The notes beneath the pieces are model-generated. The model did not search any database. It saw nothing but the letters and a program-made list of their open reading frames with translations, and had not been told where the DNA came from. Below are positions 1-9,830 of a stretch of 64,000 nucleotides of DNA, in pieces. The translations under genes and the position numbers were made by a program. The DNA is taken from positions 25,342-89,341 of the forward strand of contig JAGAAC010000063.1 in the NCBI GenBank assembly GCA_017615475.1, in the 5' to 3' direction. Positions within the stretch are counted from its first letter, which is position 1, and each line of letters opens with the position of its first letter. This DNA is from Clostridia bacterium (GTDB taxonomy: Bacteria; Bacillota; Clostridia; Christensenellales; Aristaeellaceae).

Positions 1-2
1 GC

Positions 3-896
3 GATATCGCCATGGTGTTCCAGAACTACGCCCTGTATCCCCATATGACCGTGTTCGACAACATGGCTTTCGGTCTGAAGCTGCGCAAGACCCCCAAGGA
101 TGAGATCAAGCGCCGCGTGGAAGAAGCCGCCAAGATCCTGGACATCGCTCACCTGCTGACCCGTAAGCCGAAGGCTCTGTCCGGCGGTCAGCGCCAGCGT
201 GTCGCCCTGGGACGTGCTATCGTCCGTGAGCCCAAGGTCTTCCTGTTCGACGAACCCCTTTCCAACCTGGACGCCAAGCTGCGCGTAGCCATGCGTACAG
301 AAATCACCAAACTGCATCAGAGGCTGCAGACAACCTTCATCTACGTTACCCATGACCAGACTGAAGCTATGACCATGGCCAGCCGTATCGTTGTTATGAA
401 AGACGGCGTTGTGCAGCAGGTGGATACTCCCCAGAACCTGTATGACTATCCGGCCAATGAGTTCGTCGCCGGCTTCATCGGCAGCCCCCAGATGAACTTC
501 TTCAATGTGAAACTGGACCGCGAAGGACAGGATGTGGTTGCCACCTTCGGTGACAACAAGATCGTCGTTCCGGAGCAGAAGGTTGCCAAGTTCATTGATG
601 AAAGCTACATCGGCAAGGAAGTCATCATGGGCATCCGTCCCGAGAACATCCATGACGATGAGCAGAAGCTGGCTGAATTTGCTTCCGCCACCATCGATGT
701 AGACGTTGAAGTGACAGAACTGATGGGTTCCGAAACCTACCTGTACCTGAGCACCACCGGCAAGGAAGGCAACATCATCGCCCGCGTTGATCCCCGCACT
801 TCCAGCAAGGCCGGCCAGAAGATCAAGATCGCTCTTGATACCAACCACCTGCACTTCTTCGACAAGGAAACTGAAAAGACGATCCTCAACAAGTAA
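3..896 (+). CDS. Sugar ABC transporter ATP-binding subunit (MsmK/MalK/UgpC family), 5'-truncated by window edge
   Basis: MVFQNYALYPHM Q-loop region, LSGGQRQR signature, FLFDEPLSNLD Walker B, YVTHDQ H-switch, C-terminal TOBE-like region; Walker A lies upstream of the window. Confidence 0.93.
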   Translation, partial: DIAMVFQNYALYPHMTVFDNMAFGLKLRKTPKDEIKRRVEEAAKILDIAHLLTRKPKALSGGQRQRVALGRAIVREPKVFLFDEPLSNLDAKLRVAMRTEITKLHQRLQTTFIYVTHDQTEAMTMASRIVVMKDGVVQQVDTPQNLYDYPANEFVAGFIGSPQMNFFNVKLDREGQDVVATFGDNKIVVPEQKVAKFIDESYIGKEVIMGIRPENIHDDEQKLAEFASATIDVDVEVTELMGSETYLYLSTTGKEGNIIARVDPRTSSKAGQKIKIALDTNHLHFFDKETEKTILNK

Positions 897-925
897 GAAT
901 CGCCTTATCAAACCAGTTATACCTG

Positions 926-959
926 CTCCCGGACCGGATATACGGTCCGGGAGTTTATT
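926..959. terminator. Probable intrinsic terminator between convergent genes
   Basis: Perfect 11-bp stem CTCCCGGACCG/CGGTCCGGGAG with 6-nt loop, followed by TTTATTT. Confidence 0.7.
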
Positions 960-1641
960 TGTCCGGATGGAAACGGGAAATTTTCAGCCCGGGGATCACG
1001 GATAATTCCTCCAGGGAAGTGACGTTCTCCACATTGCCGTCGGAAAATCCTTTGCCGATGGAAATCCGGTTATACGCACCGCCGGAAACCTGAAGGAAAA
1101 CAATTTCCTCACCGTTGATTTCATAAACAACCGCGCTGTGGTAATACTCATGTCCGTTTTTACGGTATTCAACCCGCACGATATCCCCGACCTGAAGACC
1201 GCCGGAAGACTTTGTATCGTAATAAAAATCCCAGTTATGCTGCGGATTGACTTCACCGGAAAGAAGATAGCCGATAAACTGCGCAAAGGCAAAGCATTCG
1301 GCATATCCGCCTCTGGAAGGATCAACTTTCCGCACATGGTCAATGGGCCATCTGCATCCATACCATCCTTCCCGGTAAGCTTTCCGGTTGTTCCTGTCAA
1401 CGGTTGTCGTCCATCCCGGACATTCCGGATGGCCATGAAAGGTCTGCGGAATATCCGGCTCGGTGGTCCAGTACCATCCGTCGTATAATTCATATTCCTC
1501 AATGATCGCATCAAGGTTATCGGTTGTGAGATCATTCTGAAAACGGGTGTCGGAAAAAGAAAAAGCAGCCAATGCGGGAACACAGGAAAAAACAACATAA
1601 AACGATGCCATTATCAGGGATAAAAGCTTCCATCGTTTCAT
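955..1641 (-). CDS. Secreted protein with CHAP/NlpC-P60-like papain-fold motifs
   Basis: Signal peptide (MKRWKLLSLIM...ALA), GGAGG RBS, motifs ECFAFA, GDIV, HSAVV, FLQ in CHAP order. Confidence 0.55.
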   Translation of the reverse strand: MKRWKLLSLIMASFYVVFSCVPALAAFSFSDTRFQNDLTTDNLDAIIEEYELYDGWYWTTEPDIPQTFHGHPECPGWTTTVDRNNRKAYREGWYGCRWPIDHVRKVDPSRGGYAECFAFAQFIGYLLSGEVNPQHNWDFYYDTKSSGGLQVGDIVRVEYRKNGHEYYHSAVVYEINGEEIVFLQVSGGAYNRISIGKGFSDGNVENVTSLEELSVIPGLKISRFHPDK

Positions 1642-1776
1642 GCAGTCATTCCTCCGGGTAAGTTTTCATGACTATATTATACGATTGACTGTGAAGAGTT
1701 TCAACCTTGGACAAGAATGCGTTTTCCAAATGAATGAGATGTGATATAATAAAATATCAGTACAATAAGGGAGGAA

Positions 1777-2736
1777 TTGTATTTGCCCGGTAAGAAAGTG
1801 TTGACGGAAGTTGTCGGTATTGATGAGCTTCCGGACGGCCTGCGCCGTTCACTTATGGTTTCTCCTGAGCATTTCATTCTGAAAGACGGTTCTGTTTATA
1901 TTCTGCAGGAAAACAAAGCGATCATTGTTCAGGACAGTGAGGAAGGATATGAACTCCTGCATCTGCTGACCGGCCGGAAGCCTGCCGCGGCGGGCGTACC
2001 CTCCGGCAGGGAAGAGCTTTTCCGCCGGATGCTTGAAGATCCGGAGTATTTTCCTGAAAAGCAGGTTCTTCAGCAATGCAACGTGAATCCATACGCCGGA
2101 AGGAGAGCAGTGCTTTTCCGACTGATACATCCTGCGGAAAAGGATTTCCTTTCCCTGTTCCGTTCCATCGCACCGCTGGAAGACAAGGATGTTGTGATCC
2201 GGTCTGGATGGTCGGATATCCTGCTGATCAGGGAAACTGAAGGCATGACAGAGGAAGAGACAGCTGAATACGCCGAAGCGCTGATCGGTACCATGGAGAG
2301 CGAAGGAACAGACGGGATCAGGGCAGGAATCGGCCAGAACGCTGAAGACCTGTACGGCCTGCAGGAAAGCTGCCGCCAGGCGGCTGATGCGCTGGCGACC
2401 GGGCTACGTTTTCACAGGAATGAAAGTGTATATATTTACAGCAGGCTGAAGCTGGAAAGAATCCTGGAATGTATTTCTCCGGAGAAACGGAAAGAAATCG
2501 GAGAAATCCTTTTTCCACCGGGAGCACCGCCTCTTTCCGATGAAATACTCGAAACCGTGCGCATTTTCTTCCAGAATGACCTGAACCTTACGGCAGCATC
2601 CAGGCAGTTGTTCATACACCGTAACACGCTGAACTACAGGCTTGATAAAATCAAAAAGGATTACGGCCTGGACCTGCGCAGGTTTACAGATGCCGCTGTA
2701 TTCAAAATTATCACGGAACTGTCCGATATTTCCTGA
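1777..2736 (+). CDS. PucR/CdaR-family transcriptional regulator
   Basis: C-terminal HTH NLTAASRQLFIHRNTLNYRLDKI; TTG start after GGAGG; extended -10 TGaTATAAT near 1742-1750. Confidence 0.85.
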   Translation: MYLPGKKVLTEVVGIDELPDGLRRSLMVSPEHFILKDGSVYILQENKAIIVQDSEEGYELLHLLTGRKPAAAGVPSGREELFRRMLEDPEYFPEKQVLQQCNVNPYAGRRAVLFRLIHPAEKDFLSLFRSIAPLEDKDVVIRSGWSDILLIRETEGMTEEETAEYAEALIGTMESEGTDGIRAGIGQNAEDLYGLQESCRQAADALATGLRFHRNESVYIYSRLKLERILECISPEKRKEIGEILFPPGAPPLSDEILETVRIFFQNDLNLTAASRQLFIHRNTLNYRLDKIKKDYGLDLRRFTDAAVFKIITELSDIS

Positions 2737-2770
2737 TTCATCCGGTATTATCCCGAAAGGAGATTCATCC

Positions 2771-4033
2771 ATGAAAAAACGTTTTCTCTTTGTTGTTATG
2801 ATTCTGATCCTGCTGACGGTATTCAGCTCATGCTCTGTTATTCCGTATTCCACGCTTGAGGCCATGTTCCGCACAGAGGATTACACCGCCGCTGCCGCAT
2901 CGTCCGGCAGCAGTGATGACCTGGTGACCATCAGCAGGGAGGAATATGAAAAATACCGGCAGTTTTCCGAAATGTTCGATATTTACGATGCTGCCAACGA
3001 AAGCTTTTACGTTGAAACGAACAAGGATCAGATGGTTGAGTATGCCATCCGGGGTCTGATGGCCGGACTGGACGATCCCTATTCATTCTACTATACCCCG
3101 AAAGAATACGCGGAACTGTGGGAAGAGGATGAAGGCAAATATGTCGGTATCGGCGTTATGATCCAGGCCAATATGGAAACGCAGGCCTGCACAATCATCC
3201 GTGTTTTTGATAACGGTCCTGCTAAAGAAGCCGGCGTCAAACGGGGAGATATCCTGTACAGGGTAGGCGAGGATCTGTATGTCAACGCGACAAACCTCCA
3301 GGATGCTGTTGACATCATGCGCGGCGAAGCCGGAACAAACGTTGATGTGACTTTCCTGCGCAACAACGAAGAGATTACCTTCACCATCACCAGACGACAG
3401 GTGAATGTCAACCAGGTGGAAGGCCAGATGCTTGACAGCAAAACCGGATATATCGCCCTTTATGAATTTGCCGGACAGGCTGACAAGGAATTCGAAAAAG
3501 CATTGAACAACCTGGTTTCCCAGGGGGCGGAAGGGATTATTATCGACCTTCGGGACAATTCAGGCGGATGGGTCGACCAGGCCCGTTACATTGCGGATCT
3601 GTTTATGGACAAAGGTGAACTTTGCTATCTGAAATACCGGGATGGAGAAGAGCACGGAGATGAATACCGTACTTATGACGGCAAGGTGGACGTGAAACTG
3701 GTCATTCTGATCAACGAACACAGTGCCAGTTCTTCCGAAATCCTGACCGGTGCACTGAGAGACTGTGCAGGCGCTGTTACCGTAGGCGTCAAGAGCTACG
3801 GAAAGGGAATCATTCAGGGTGTATTCCCCGTGGGAGAGAACGGCGCCGGATACCAGATGACTATCGCCCAGTATTTCACCCCCAGCGGAACAGCGGTTCA
3901 TAAGGTCGGCATCACCCCGGACTATGAAGTTCCGCTGCCTGAAGGGGATAACGGCATGTATGGATTTGCCGACCAGAAAAACGATGTACAGCTCATGAAG
4001 GCCGTTGAAGTCATGAATGAACTGCTGCATTAA
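2771..4033 (+). CDS. S41 carboxyl-terminal processing protease (CtpA-like) with PDZ domain
   Basis: Signal/lipoprotein-like N-terminus from MKKRFL, GIGV PDZ, DLRDNSGG, SASSSE catalytic Ser, SYGKG catalytic Lys, GITPD. Confidence 0.92.
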   Translation: MKKRFLFVVMILILLTVFSSCSVIPYSTLEAMFRTEDYTAAAASSGSSDDLVTISREEYEKYRQFSEMFDIYDAANESFYVETNKDQMVEYAIRGLMAGLDDPYSFYYTPKEYAELWEEDEGKYVGIGVMIQANMETQACTIIRVFDNGPAKEAGVKRGDILYRVGEDLYVNATNLQDAVDIMRGEAGTNVDVTFLRNNEEITFTITRRQVNVNQVEGQMLDSKTGYIALYEFAGQADKEFEKALNNLVSQGAEGIIIDLRDNSGGWVDQARYIADLFMDKGELCYLKYRDGEEHGDEYRTYDGKVDVKLVILINEHSASSSEILTGALRDCAGAVTVGVKSYGKGIIQGVFPVGENGAGYQMTIAQYFTPSGTAVHKVGITPDYEVPLPEGDNGMYGFADQKNDVQLMKAVEVMNELLH

Positions 4034-4045
4034 AAACGATTTCAT

Positions 4046-4074
4046 TTGCATAATGAATACAAGTAGGATATAAT
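4046..4074 (+). promoter_or_regulatory. Sigma-A-type promoter
   Basis: TTGCAT-17 bp-TATAAT upstream of the 4116 ORF. Confidence 0.65.
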
Positions 4075-4115
4075 ATATAGGCGAATTGTACCATTTTCTC
4101 CGTGGAGGTTGCTGG

Positions 4116-4928
4116 ATGTACAAGCTTTTGCTGGTATCTGATCAGGAGGATGTTCTGAACGCATTTTCCAGGATCCAAAACTGGGAACTGATCGGCTTTA
4201 AGCCGCCGCACATCCGCCATGACTATGAGGGCACGATTGACAGCCTCGCCAAGCATCATGCCGACGGCATCTGCCTTGCTGTCAGCCATGAACAGGAAGA
4301 GCTTATTCTTGCATACCTGCAGGAGAATTTTCCGAATGTGTCCATTTTTGAAGCAGGCAGAACCGAAGAGGAAGTTCTTCGCTACCTGAATGAGCTCAAG
4401 GCGCTCCTGAACCGAATTCACGCGGATTTTTACAATGAAAGATCCAACACCCGTGACGTACTGCAGATGTGCAGGCACGATTATTTTAAAAGGGTTATCA
4501 ACGGGCAGGTAAAAAGCAGCGCCGACCTGCACAGGAATATGAAGCTCCTGCGCAGCAGAATGGATGCAGACAGACCCTGCCTGCTGATTGAAATTGACCA
4601 GTCCGCGCCCTTTGACAAACTGGAAGGCAGATGGCACTACGGCAAGGACCGCCTCGAAGTTGCTTTGCGGACTTCTTTTGCGGGAGACCTGAACGGAATC
4701 CATATCCTGCCCACCATTCATTCCGACGGCAGAATCCTTGTGCTTGCATGTCCGCTGCACGGAGTGGATACCGACATGACAGTGGATACGATGACCGCCA
4801 TGCTGACATCCTATACAGCTGACAGCATCCAGCATATGAAGGAGTTTTTCGGACTGGATCTCCATATTACCGGAATTCGCGTATTCCCCGCACTGACAGC
4901 TCTGTGCGGAGATACGGATGAAGCATAA
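4116..4928 (+). CDS. Hypothetical protein with degenerate YesN-like receiver domain and no DNA-binding HTH
   Basis: GGAGG RBS then MYKLLLVSDQE...NWELIGF resembles YesN-type receiver N-termini; expected phosphoacceptor Asp region reads ADGICLAVS. Confidence 0.55.
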   Translation: MYKLLLVSDQEDVLNAFSRIQNWELIGFKPPHIRHDYEGTIDSLAKHHADGICLAVSHEQEELILAYLQENFPNVSIFEAGRTEEEVLRYLNELKALLNRIHADFYNERSNTRDVLQMCRHDYFKRVINGQVKSSADLHRNMKLLRSRMDADRPCLLIEIDQSAPFDKLEGRWHYGKDRLEVALRTSFAGDLNGIHILPTIHSDGRILVLACPLHGVDTDMTVDTMTAMLTSYTADSIQHMKEFFGLDLHITGIRVFPALTALCGDTDEA

Positions 4929-4955
4929 AAAACTACATATCAAGGAGGAATCACG

Positions 4956-5999
4956 ATGGGTATTCTGAATGCTATCAAAGGTCAATTGATCGATGTGATC
5001 GAATGGTCCGACAGTTCCAGCAAAACGATGGTTCACAAATATGACATGAACGGCAAAGAAATCATGATGGGTGCACAGCTTACCGTTCGTGAAAGCCAGG
5101 TTGCGATTTTTGTCAACGAAGGCGAACTGGCCGATGTTTTTGAGCCCGGAAGGTATGAGCTTCAGACAAGCAATATGCCCATCCTTACAGCCCTGAAGAG
5201 CTGGAAATACGGATTCAATTCTCCCTTCAAATCCGATGTGTATTTTGTAAATACCAAGCAGTTCCTTGACATGAAATGGGGAACAAGCAATCCGGTCATG
5301 ATGCGCGATGCCGAGTTCGGCATGATCCGCGTTCGTGCCTTCGGTATTTACAGCTTCAAAGTATCCGATCCAGCCAAATTCCTGAAGGAAGTCTTCGGTA
5401 CTGCCGCCCTCTTTACAGTGGAAGGCGTTGAAGGCCAGATTAAACGGACGCTGGTCAGCGGCCTGAGCGACGCGATTGCCGAAAGCAAGATTCCCGCACT
5501 GGATCTTGCCGCCAACTACGAAGAGCTTTCCGATTATGCCATGAAAGCCATCAATCCCAAGCTAGCTGAGCTGGGACTGACACTTTGCAGTTTCGTGATT
5601 GAAAACATCTCTCTTCCCGAAGATGTTGAAAAGAGCATTGACAAGCGGACTTCCATGGGTGTTCTCGGCAACATGGATCAGTATGCCAAATACCAGGCTG
5701 CAGAAGCCATCCGTGATGCCGCCAACAATCAGAACGGCATGGCCGGTATGGGTGTCGGCATGGGTGCCGGCGCTGCCATGGGTCAGATGTTCGCGCAGAG
5801 CATGAATCCTTCCGCTCCGCAGGCATCCGCTGCAGTTCCCGGCGCTGTATGTGCCGCCTGCGGTGCGCAGATTCCCGCCGGTGCCAAGTTCTGCCCGGAA
5901 TGCGGTGCCAAGCAGAATGCAGGCAGCTTCTGCACAAGCTGCGGAACAGCCATTCCCGCAGGAACCAAATTCTGCCCTGAATGCGGCGCCAAGCAGTAA
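4956..5999 (+). CDS. SPFH/band-7 domain protein with C-terminal double zinc ribbon (YdjI-like)
   Basis: QLTVRESQVAIFV, KWGT, RAFGIYSFKV, Gly/Met-rich linker, four CxxCG motifs. Confidence 0.85.
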   Translation: MGILNAIKGQLIDVIEWSDSSSKTMVHKYDMNGKEIMMGAQLTVRESQVAIFVNEGELADVFEPGRYELQTSNMPILTALKSWKYGFNSPFKSDVYFVNTKQFLDMKWGTSNPVMMRDAEFGMIRVRAFGIYSFKVSDPAKFLKEVFGTAALFTVEGVEGQIKRTLVSGLSDAIAESKIPALDLAANYEELSDYAMKAINPKLAELGLTLCSFVIENISLPEDVEKSIDKRTSMGVLGNMDQYAKYQAAEAIRDAANNQNGMAGMGVGMGAGAAMGQMFAQSMNPSAPQASAAVPGAVCAACGAQIPAGAKFCPECGAKQNAGSFCTSCGTAIPAGTKFCPECGAKQ

Positions 6000-6012
6000 A
6001 CCTGACAAACAG

Positions 6013-6044
6013 AAAAAGGAGCTGTATCATACAGCTCCTTTTTT
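6013..6044. terminator. Bidirectional intrinsic terminator
   Basis: AAAAAGGAGCTGTAT-C-ATACAGCTCCTTTTTT between convergent genes. Confidence 0.85.
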
Positions 6045-6083
6045 ATGTCCGTAAATCTTAACCGTAGTATCACCAGGGGACTG

Positions 6084-7025
6084 TCAGGAAAGCATCGCCG
6101 CACCGATAATTCCGGCTTCAGATCCGAGAACGGCAATCTTCACAGGAGGCAGAGGCTGGTCATTGAAGAGGACATAGCGCGGATATTCCTGAACAATCGG
6201 ATCCAGCAGATAACTTCCGGCTTTGCTGACGCCGCCTCCCAGGACAACAATCTCCGGATCCAGCAGGTTTACAACACTGGCAATGGCCTGGGACAAATAA
6301 CTGATAAAACGACGGTATACAGCAACCGCCACTTCATCCCCGGCTTTGGACGCGTCGAAGACTGTTTTGGCCTCGATTCCGGAGGCATTACCGCCTGCCA
6401 GTGCAAGAATCTGAGAATCAGGATGCTCAGCCACCGCTTCCCTGGCCATACGGATCAGGGCAGTAGCGGAGCAGTAACGTTCTAGGCACCCCTTATTGCC
6501 GCATGTGCACGGAACACCGTCCAGACTGAAAATGGTATGCCCCAGTTCACCGCCGATACCATGAGCTCCACTCCAGATCCGGCCGTTCAGGATAATCCCG
6601 CTGCCGATACCTGTACCGATGGTGATAAAAACGCTGGAAGAAGTACCGGCGCTGACACCCGCGACGCTTTCCGCCAGTGCGGCAACATTCGCGTCGTTTT
6701 CTATAAACAGGGGTTTATCAAGATACTGACGGAAAACGGTCCGGAAAGGAACATGGTTCCATCCCATATTGGTACATTTGATGATTTCTCCTGTGGCGGA
6801 TGAAGCGATACCGGGGATCCCGATGCCGACAGAAGAGATATCGTCAACAGAAACGCCGGCTCCTGCCGCCGTCGACAGAACGCAGTCAGCGATATGTTTC
6901 ACCTGTTCCTCAAAGGGAATATCTGTGCGGGTGGGGATGGATTCCTCATGGATAATACGGTTGCTGCTGTCAACAGCTCCGAACTGAATTCCTGTTCCGC
7001 CCACGTCAATACCGATTCTGATCAT
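6084..7025 (-). CDS. ROK-family sugar kinase (glucokinase-like)
   Basis: GIDVGGT, ENDANVAALAE, GTGIGSG, GELGH, CTCGNKGCLE zinc motif. Confidence 0.92.
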   Translation of the reverse strand: MIRIGIDVGGTGIQFGAVDSSNRIIHEESIPTRTDIPFEEQVKHIADCVLSTAAGAGVSVDDISSVGIGIPGIASSATGEIIKCTNMGWNHVPFRTVFRQYLDKPLFIENDANVAALAESVAGVSAGTSSSVFITIGTGIGSGIILNGRIWSGAHGIGGELGHTIFSLDGVPCTCGNKGCLERYCSATALIRMAREAVAEHPDSQILALAGGNASGIEAKTVFDASKAGDEVAVAVYRRFISYLSQAIASVVNLLDPEIVVLGGGVSKAGSYLLDPIVQEYPRYVLFNDQPLPPVKIAVLGSEAGIIGAAMLS

Positions 7026-7951
7026 TCAAAGGATCCTCCTTGTTCATTCGTTTCATCCTGGAAAATCGCTGTCAGTTCGCGGGCTGCGTTATAACCGGTG
7101 CGCTTCAGGCTGTGATTCCGGGCAGCAACTTCCACAATAATGGCCAGATTCCGTCCTGGTTTAATGGGCATCAGCTGGTGGGGAACGCGTACTCCCATGA
7201 TCTCGATGGTGTCATCCTGAATGCCGATCCGGTCATAAGCCTTGTTTTCGTCCCAGGTTTCCAGTTCGATAATCAGGTCGATGGTTTTGCTCTGCGCCAC
7301 AGCGCCGATTCCGTACAGCGCTTTGATATCGATCACGCCGATACCCCGGATCTCCATCAGATGGCGGATCTTTTCAGGACAGGTACCGATCAGACGGTTG
7401 TCCGAGATCCGGCAGATATCAACCACATCGTCCGCAACCAGCTGATGACCGCGCTTGATCAGCTCCAGCGCGGCTTCGCTTTTGCCTACGCCGCTTTTTC
7501 CTGAGAGGAAGACACCGACGCCATATACATCAACAAGCACCCCGTGCCTGGTGATATGGGGAGCAAGCCGGCGGTTCAGGTAATTGATGGCCAGGGCCGT
7601 GAACTTGCTGGTCACCATCTGGCTGGAATAGACCGGAATATCATGCGCTTTTGCTGCCGCCAGGAACTCCGGCGGCGGCGTCTGATTCCGGCAGATGATA
7701 ATACAGGGAATCGGATAACTGCAGTATTTATCCAGGAGTTTTGTACGTTCTTCCGGAGACTGTTTCTCCAGATAAGCCATTTCCACCTTACCGATGAGCT
7801 GCGGACGTTCAAAGGCAAAAAACTCGTAGAATCCGCAGAACTGCATACCCGGCCGGTTCAGGTCAGGCGTACGGATATCCCATTCCGTCCTGGAGGAGGG
7901 AACAAGACACTCCAGATGAAGCGAGGACTCAAAGTCCTTTGCTGAAATCAA
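7022..7951 (-). CDS. hprK: HPr(Ser) kinase/phosphorylase
   Basis: HGVLVDVYGVGV, Walker A GKSGVGKSE, LVADD, EIRGIGVIDI, PGRNLA; TTG start with GGAGG RBS. Confidence 0.96.
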   Translation of the reverse strand: MISAKDFESSLHLECLVPSSRTEWDIRTPDLNRPGMQFCGFYEFFAFERPQLIGKVEMAYLEKQSPEERTKLLDKYCSYPIPCIIICRNQTPPPEFLAAAKAHDIPVYSSQMVTSKFTALAINYLNRRLAPHITRHGVLVDVYGVGVFLSGKSGVGKSEAALELIKRGHQLVADDVVDICRISDNRLIGTCPEKIRHLMEIRGIGVIDIKALYGIGAVAQSKTIDLIIELETWDENKAYDRIGIQDDTIEIMGVRVPHQLMPIKPGRNLAIIVEVAARNHSLKRTGYNAARELTAIFQDETNEQGGSFE

Positions 7952-8011
7952 ACCATTACCTCCCTGCGGCTTTCAAACAAAAACAACATTTTACAGGTGC
8001 TTAGCTGGACA

Positions 8012-9601
8012 TTATCCCCTGAAATGATCAGCAGCAGCCTTTTCAGCCGGAATACAGCTGACAAAGCGATCCATATACCGGTTAAAACCTTCTTCATCCG
8101 CGGAATCAGGAGATACGGTGATCTGCTTCATACCGGTGAACACATGATCCTGCAGGTAATCTTCCAGGGTTTCGTTTTCACCGCGGTAAAGCAGGAAATC
8201 AGCCAGCAGGGCAATACCCCATGCTCCGCCTTCTCCCGCTGTTTCCATTACAGTAACAGGCGCGTGAATGGCGGCGGCAAGGTAGTTCTGACCGACTCCT
8301 TCGGTTTTAAACAGGCCGCCGTGGCCGTAGACACGGTCAATCGCCACATTCTCCCGGTTCATGATCTCCATGCCGTATTTCAGGGTTTCCATGCTGGAAT
8401 AAATCTGGGCGCGCATGAAATTGGCCAGATTCATACGGGCATCAGGAAGGCGTACAAAGAGGGGACGGCCTTCAGACAGTCCGGTGACGGGCTCACCGGC
8501 CAGATAATTGAAATTCACCAGTCCGCCGCAGTCCTTATCGCCCTCCAGGGATTTCCTGAAGAGCTTTGTGAAGACATCACCGGCCTCTGTTTTGACACCC
8601 AGAAGGTCCGCAAACTCCCGGAGAAGGGAAACCCAGGCATTGATATCACTTGTACAGCTATTGCAGTGAACCATACCGACCTGTTTGCCGGCAGGCGTGG
8701 TGACAATATCGATTTCGGGATAGACTTTGCTCATGGGCTTTTCCAGGACGATCATGCTGAAGATGGAAGTACCGGCGCTGACATTGCCCGTTCTTTCACG
8801 AACGCTGTTCGTGGCGGCCATACCCGTTCCGGCGTCACCTTCAGGGGGACAGAGCGGGCATCCGGCTTCCAGGTCTCCGGCCGGATCTAGCAGCAGGGCG
8901 CCCTCTTTTGTCAGGGTACCGGCATTCTGGCCGGCACACAGCACTTCAGGCAGGATATCGATCAGCTTCCAGGGATATCCCTTGTCAGCAATCAGGGAAT
9001 CAAAAGCGTTGACCATCCGGCTGTCATAGGAACAGGTATCGGAATCGATGGGCATCATACCGCTGGCATCACCAACACCCAGCACTTTACGGCCGCTCAG
9101 AAGATAATGGATCCAGCCGGCAAGGGTGGTCAGATAGGCAATATCTTTTACGTGGCTCTCATTGTTCAGGATCGCCTGGTAAAGATGGCTGAGGCTCCAG
9201 CGCTGCGGCATGTTGAAGGAGAACAGATCCGTAAGCGCGTCGGCCGCCTGGCCGGTAATGGTGTTGCGCCAGGTGCGGAAAGGAACCAGGAGATTCATGC
9301 CGGCATCGAAGGGGAGATAGCCATGCATCATGGCACTGATGCCAAGAGCGCCGATTTTATTCAGTGTGACATGATATTCATCCTGTATGTTTTTCTTCAG
9401 ATCGGCATAGCAGGACTGTAGGCCGGAAATTATGGCTTTTTCACTGTAGGTCCAGACACCGTCCACATAATCATTTTCCCATTCATGGCTGCCGCTGGCG
9501 ATGACCTTATGATCACGGCCGATCAGGACGCCCTTGATACGGGTTGAACCGAATTCTATACCCAGAACAGTAGTACCGTTGACAATCTGATTGATATCCA
9601 T
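8012..9601 (-). CDS. FGGY-family carbohydrate kinase (pentulose kinase, L-ribulokinase/xylulokinase-like)
   Basis: [40 protein letters not shown]. Confidence 0.85.
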   Translation of the reverse strand: MDINQIVNGTTVLGIEFGSTRIKGVLIGRDHKVIASGSHEWENDYVDGVWTYSEKAIISGLQSCYADLKKNIQDEYHVTLNKIGALGISAMMHGYLPFDAGMNLLVPFRTWRNTITGQAADALTDLFSFNMPQRWSLSHLYQAILNNESHVKDIAYLTTLAGWIHYLLSGRKVLGVGDASGMMPIDSDTCSYDSRMVNAFDSLIADKGYPWKLIDILPEVLCAGQNAGTLTKEGALLLDPAGDLEAGCPLCPPEGDAGTGMAATNSVRERTGNVSAGTSIFSMIVLEKPMSKVYPEIDIVTTPAGKQVGMVHCNSCTSDINAWVSLLREFADLLGVKTEAGDVFTKLFRKSLEGDKDCGGLVNFNYLAGEPVTGLSEGRPLFVRLPDARMNLANFMRAQIYSSMETLKYGMEIMNRENVAIDRVYGHGGLFKTEGVGQNYLAAAIHAPVTVMETAGEGGAWGIALLADFLLYRGENETLEDYLQDHVFTGMKQITVSPDSADEEGFNRYMDRFVSCIPAEKAAADHFRG

Positions 9602-9830
9602 ATGATTCTGTTCCTCCTGTGATAAGTAAATTCATCCGCTAAAAGAAATCGTATCACATCGTTTTTTAACTGTAAAGATGAAGATTATTCTGACATTGTA
9701 CGGTTTAGCACGGTTATTCATGAGTTTTAATCATATTTTCATCTTCTTTTTGCCTTCTTTTCAGAACAACGGGGCAGGATTTATGTTATGATACACGTGC
9801 CGGTTGAAAACGGCAGAAGGGAGCTAAAAA

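Noticed and set aside
4047-4060. 14-mer TGCATAATGAATAC also present near 36005-36018
   Set aside because: Only two copies, non-palindromic, in front of unrelated genes; cannot be distinguished from chance
5850-5996. Imperfect tandem DNA repeat (…AAxTTCTGCCCxGAATGCGGxGCCAAGCAG twice)
   Set aside because: Explained by the duplicated zinc-ribbon motif KFCPECGAKQ in the protein; not a CRISPR or mobile repeat
9690-9710. Possible AraR operator (ATTGTACG) upstream of the FGGY kinase
   Set aside because: Only a half-site; the palindromic partner is missing
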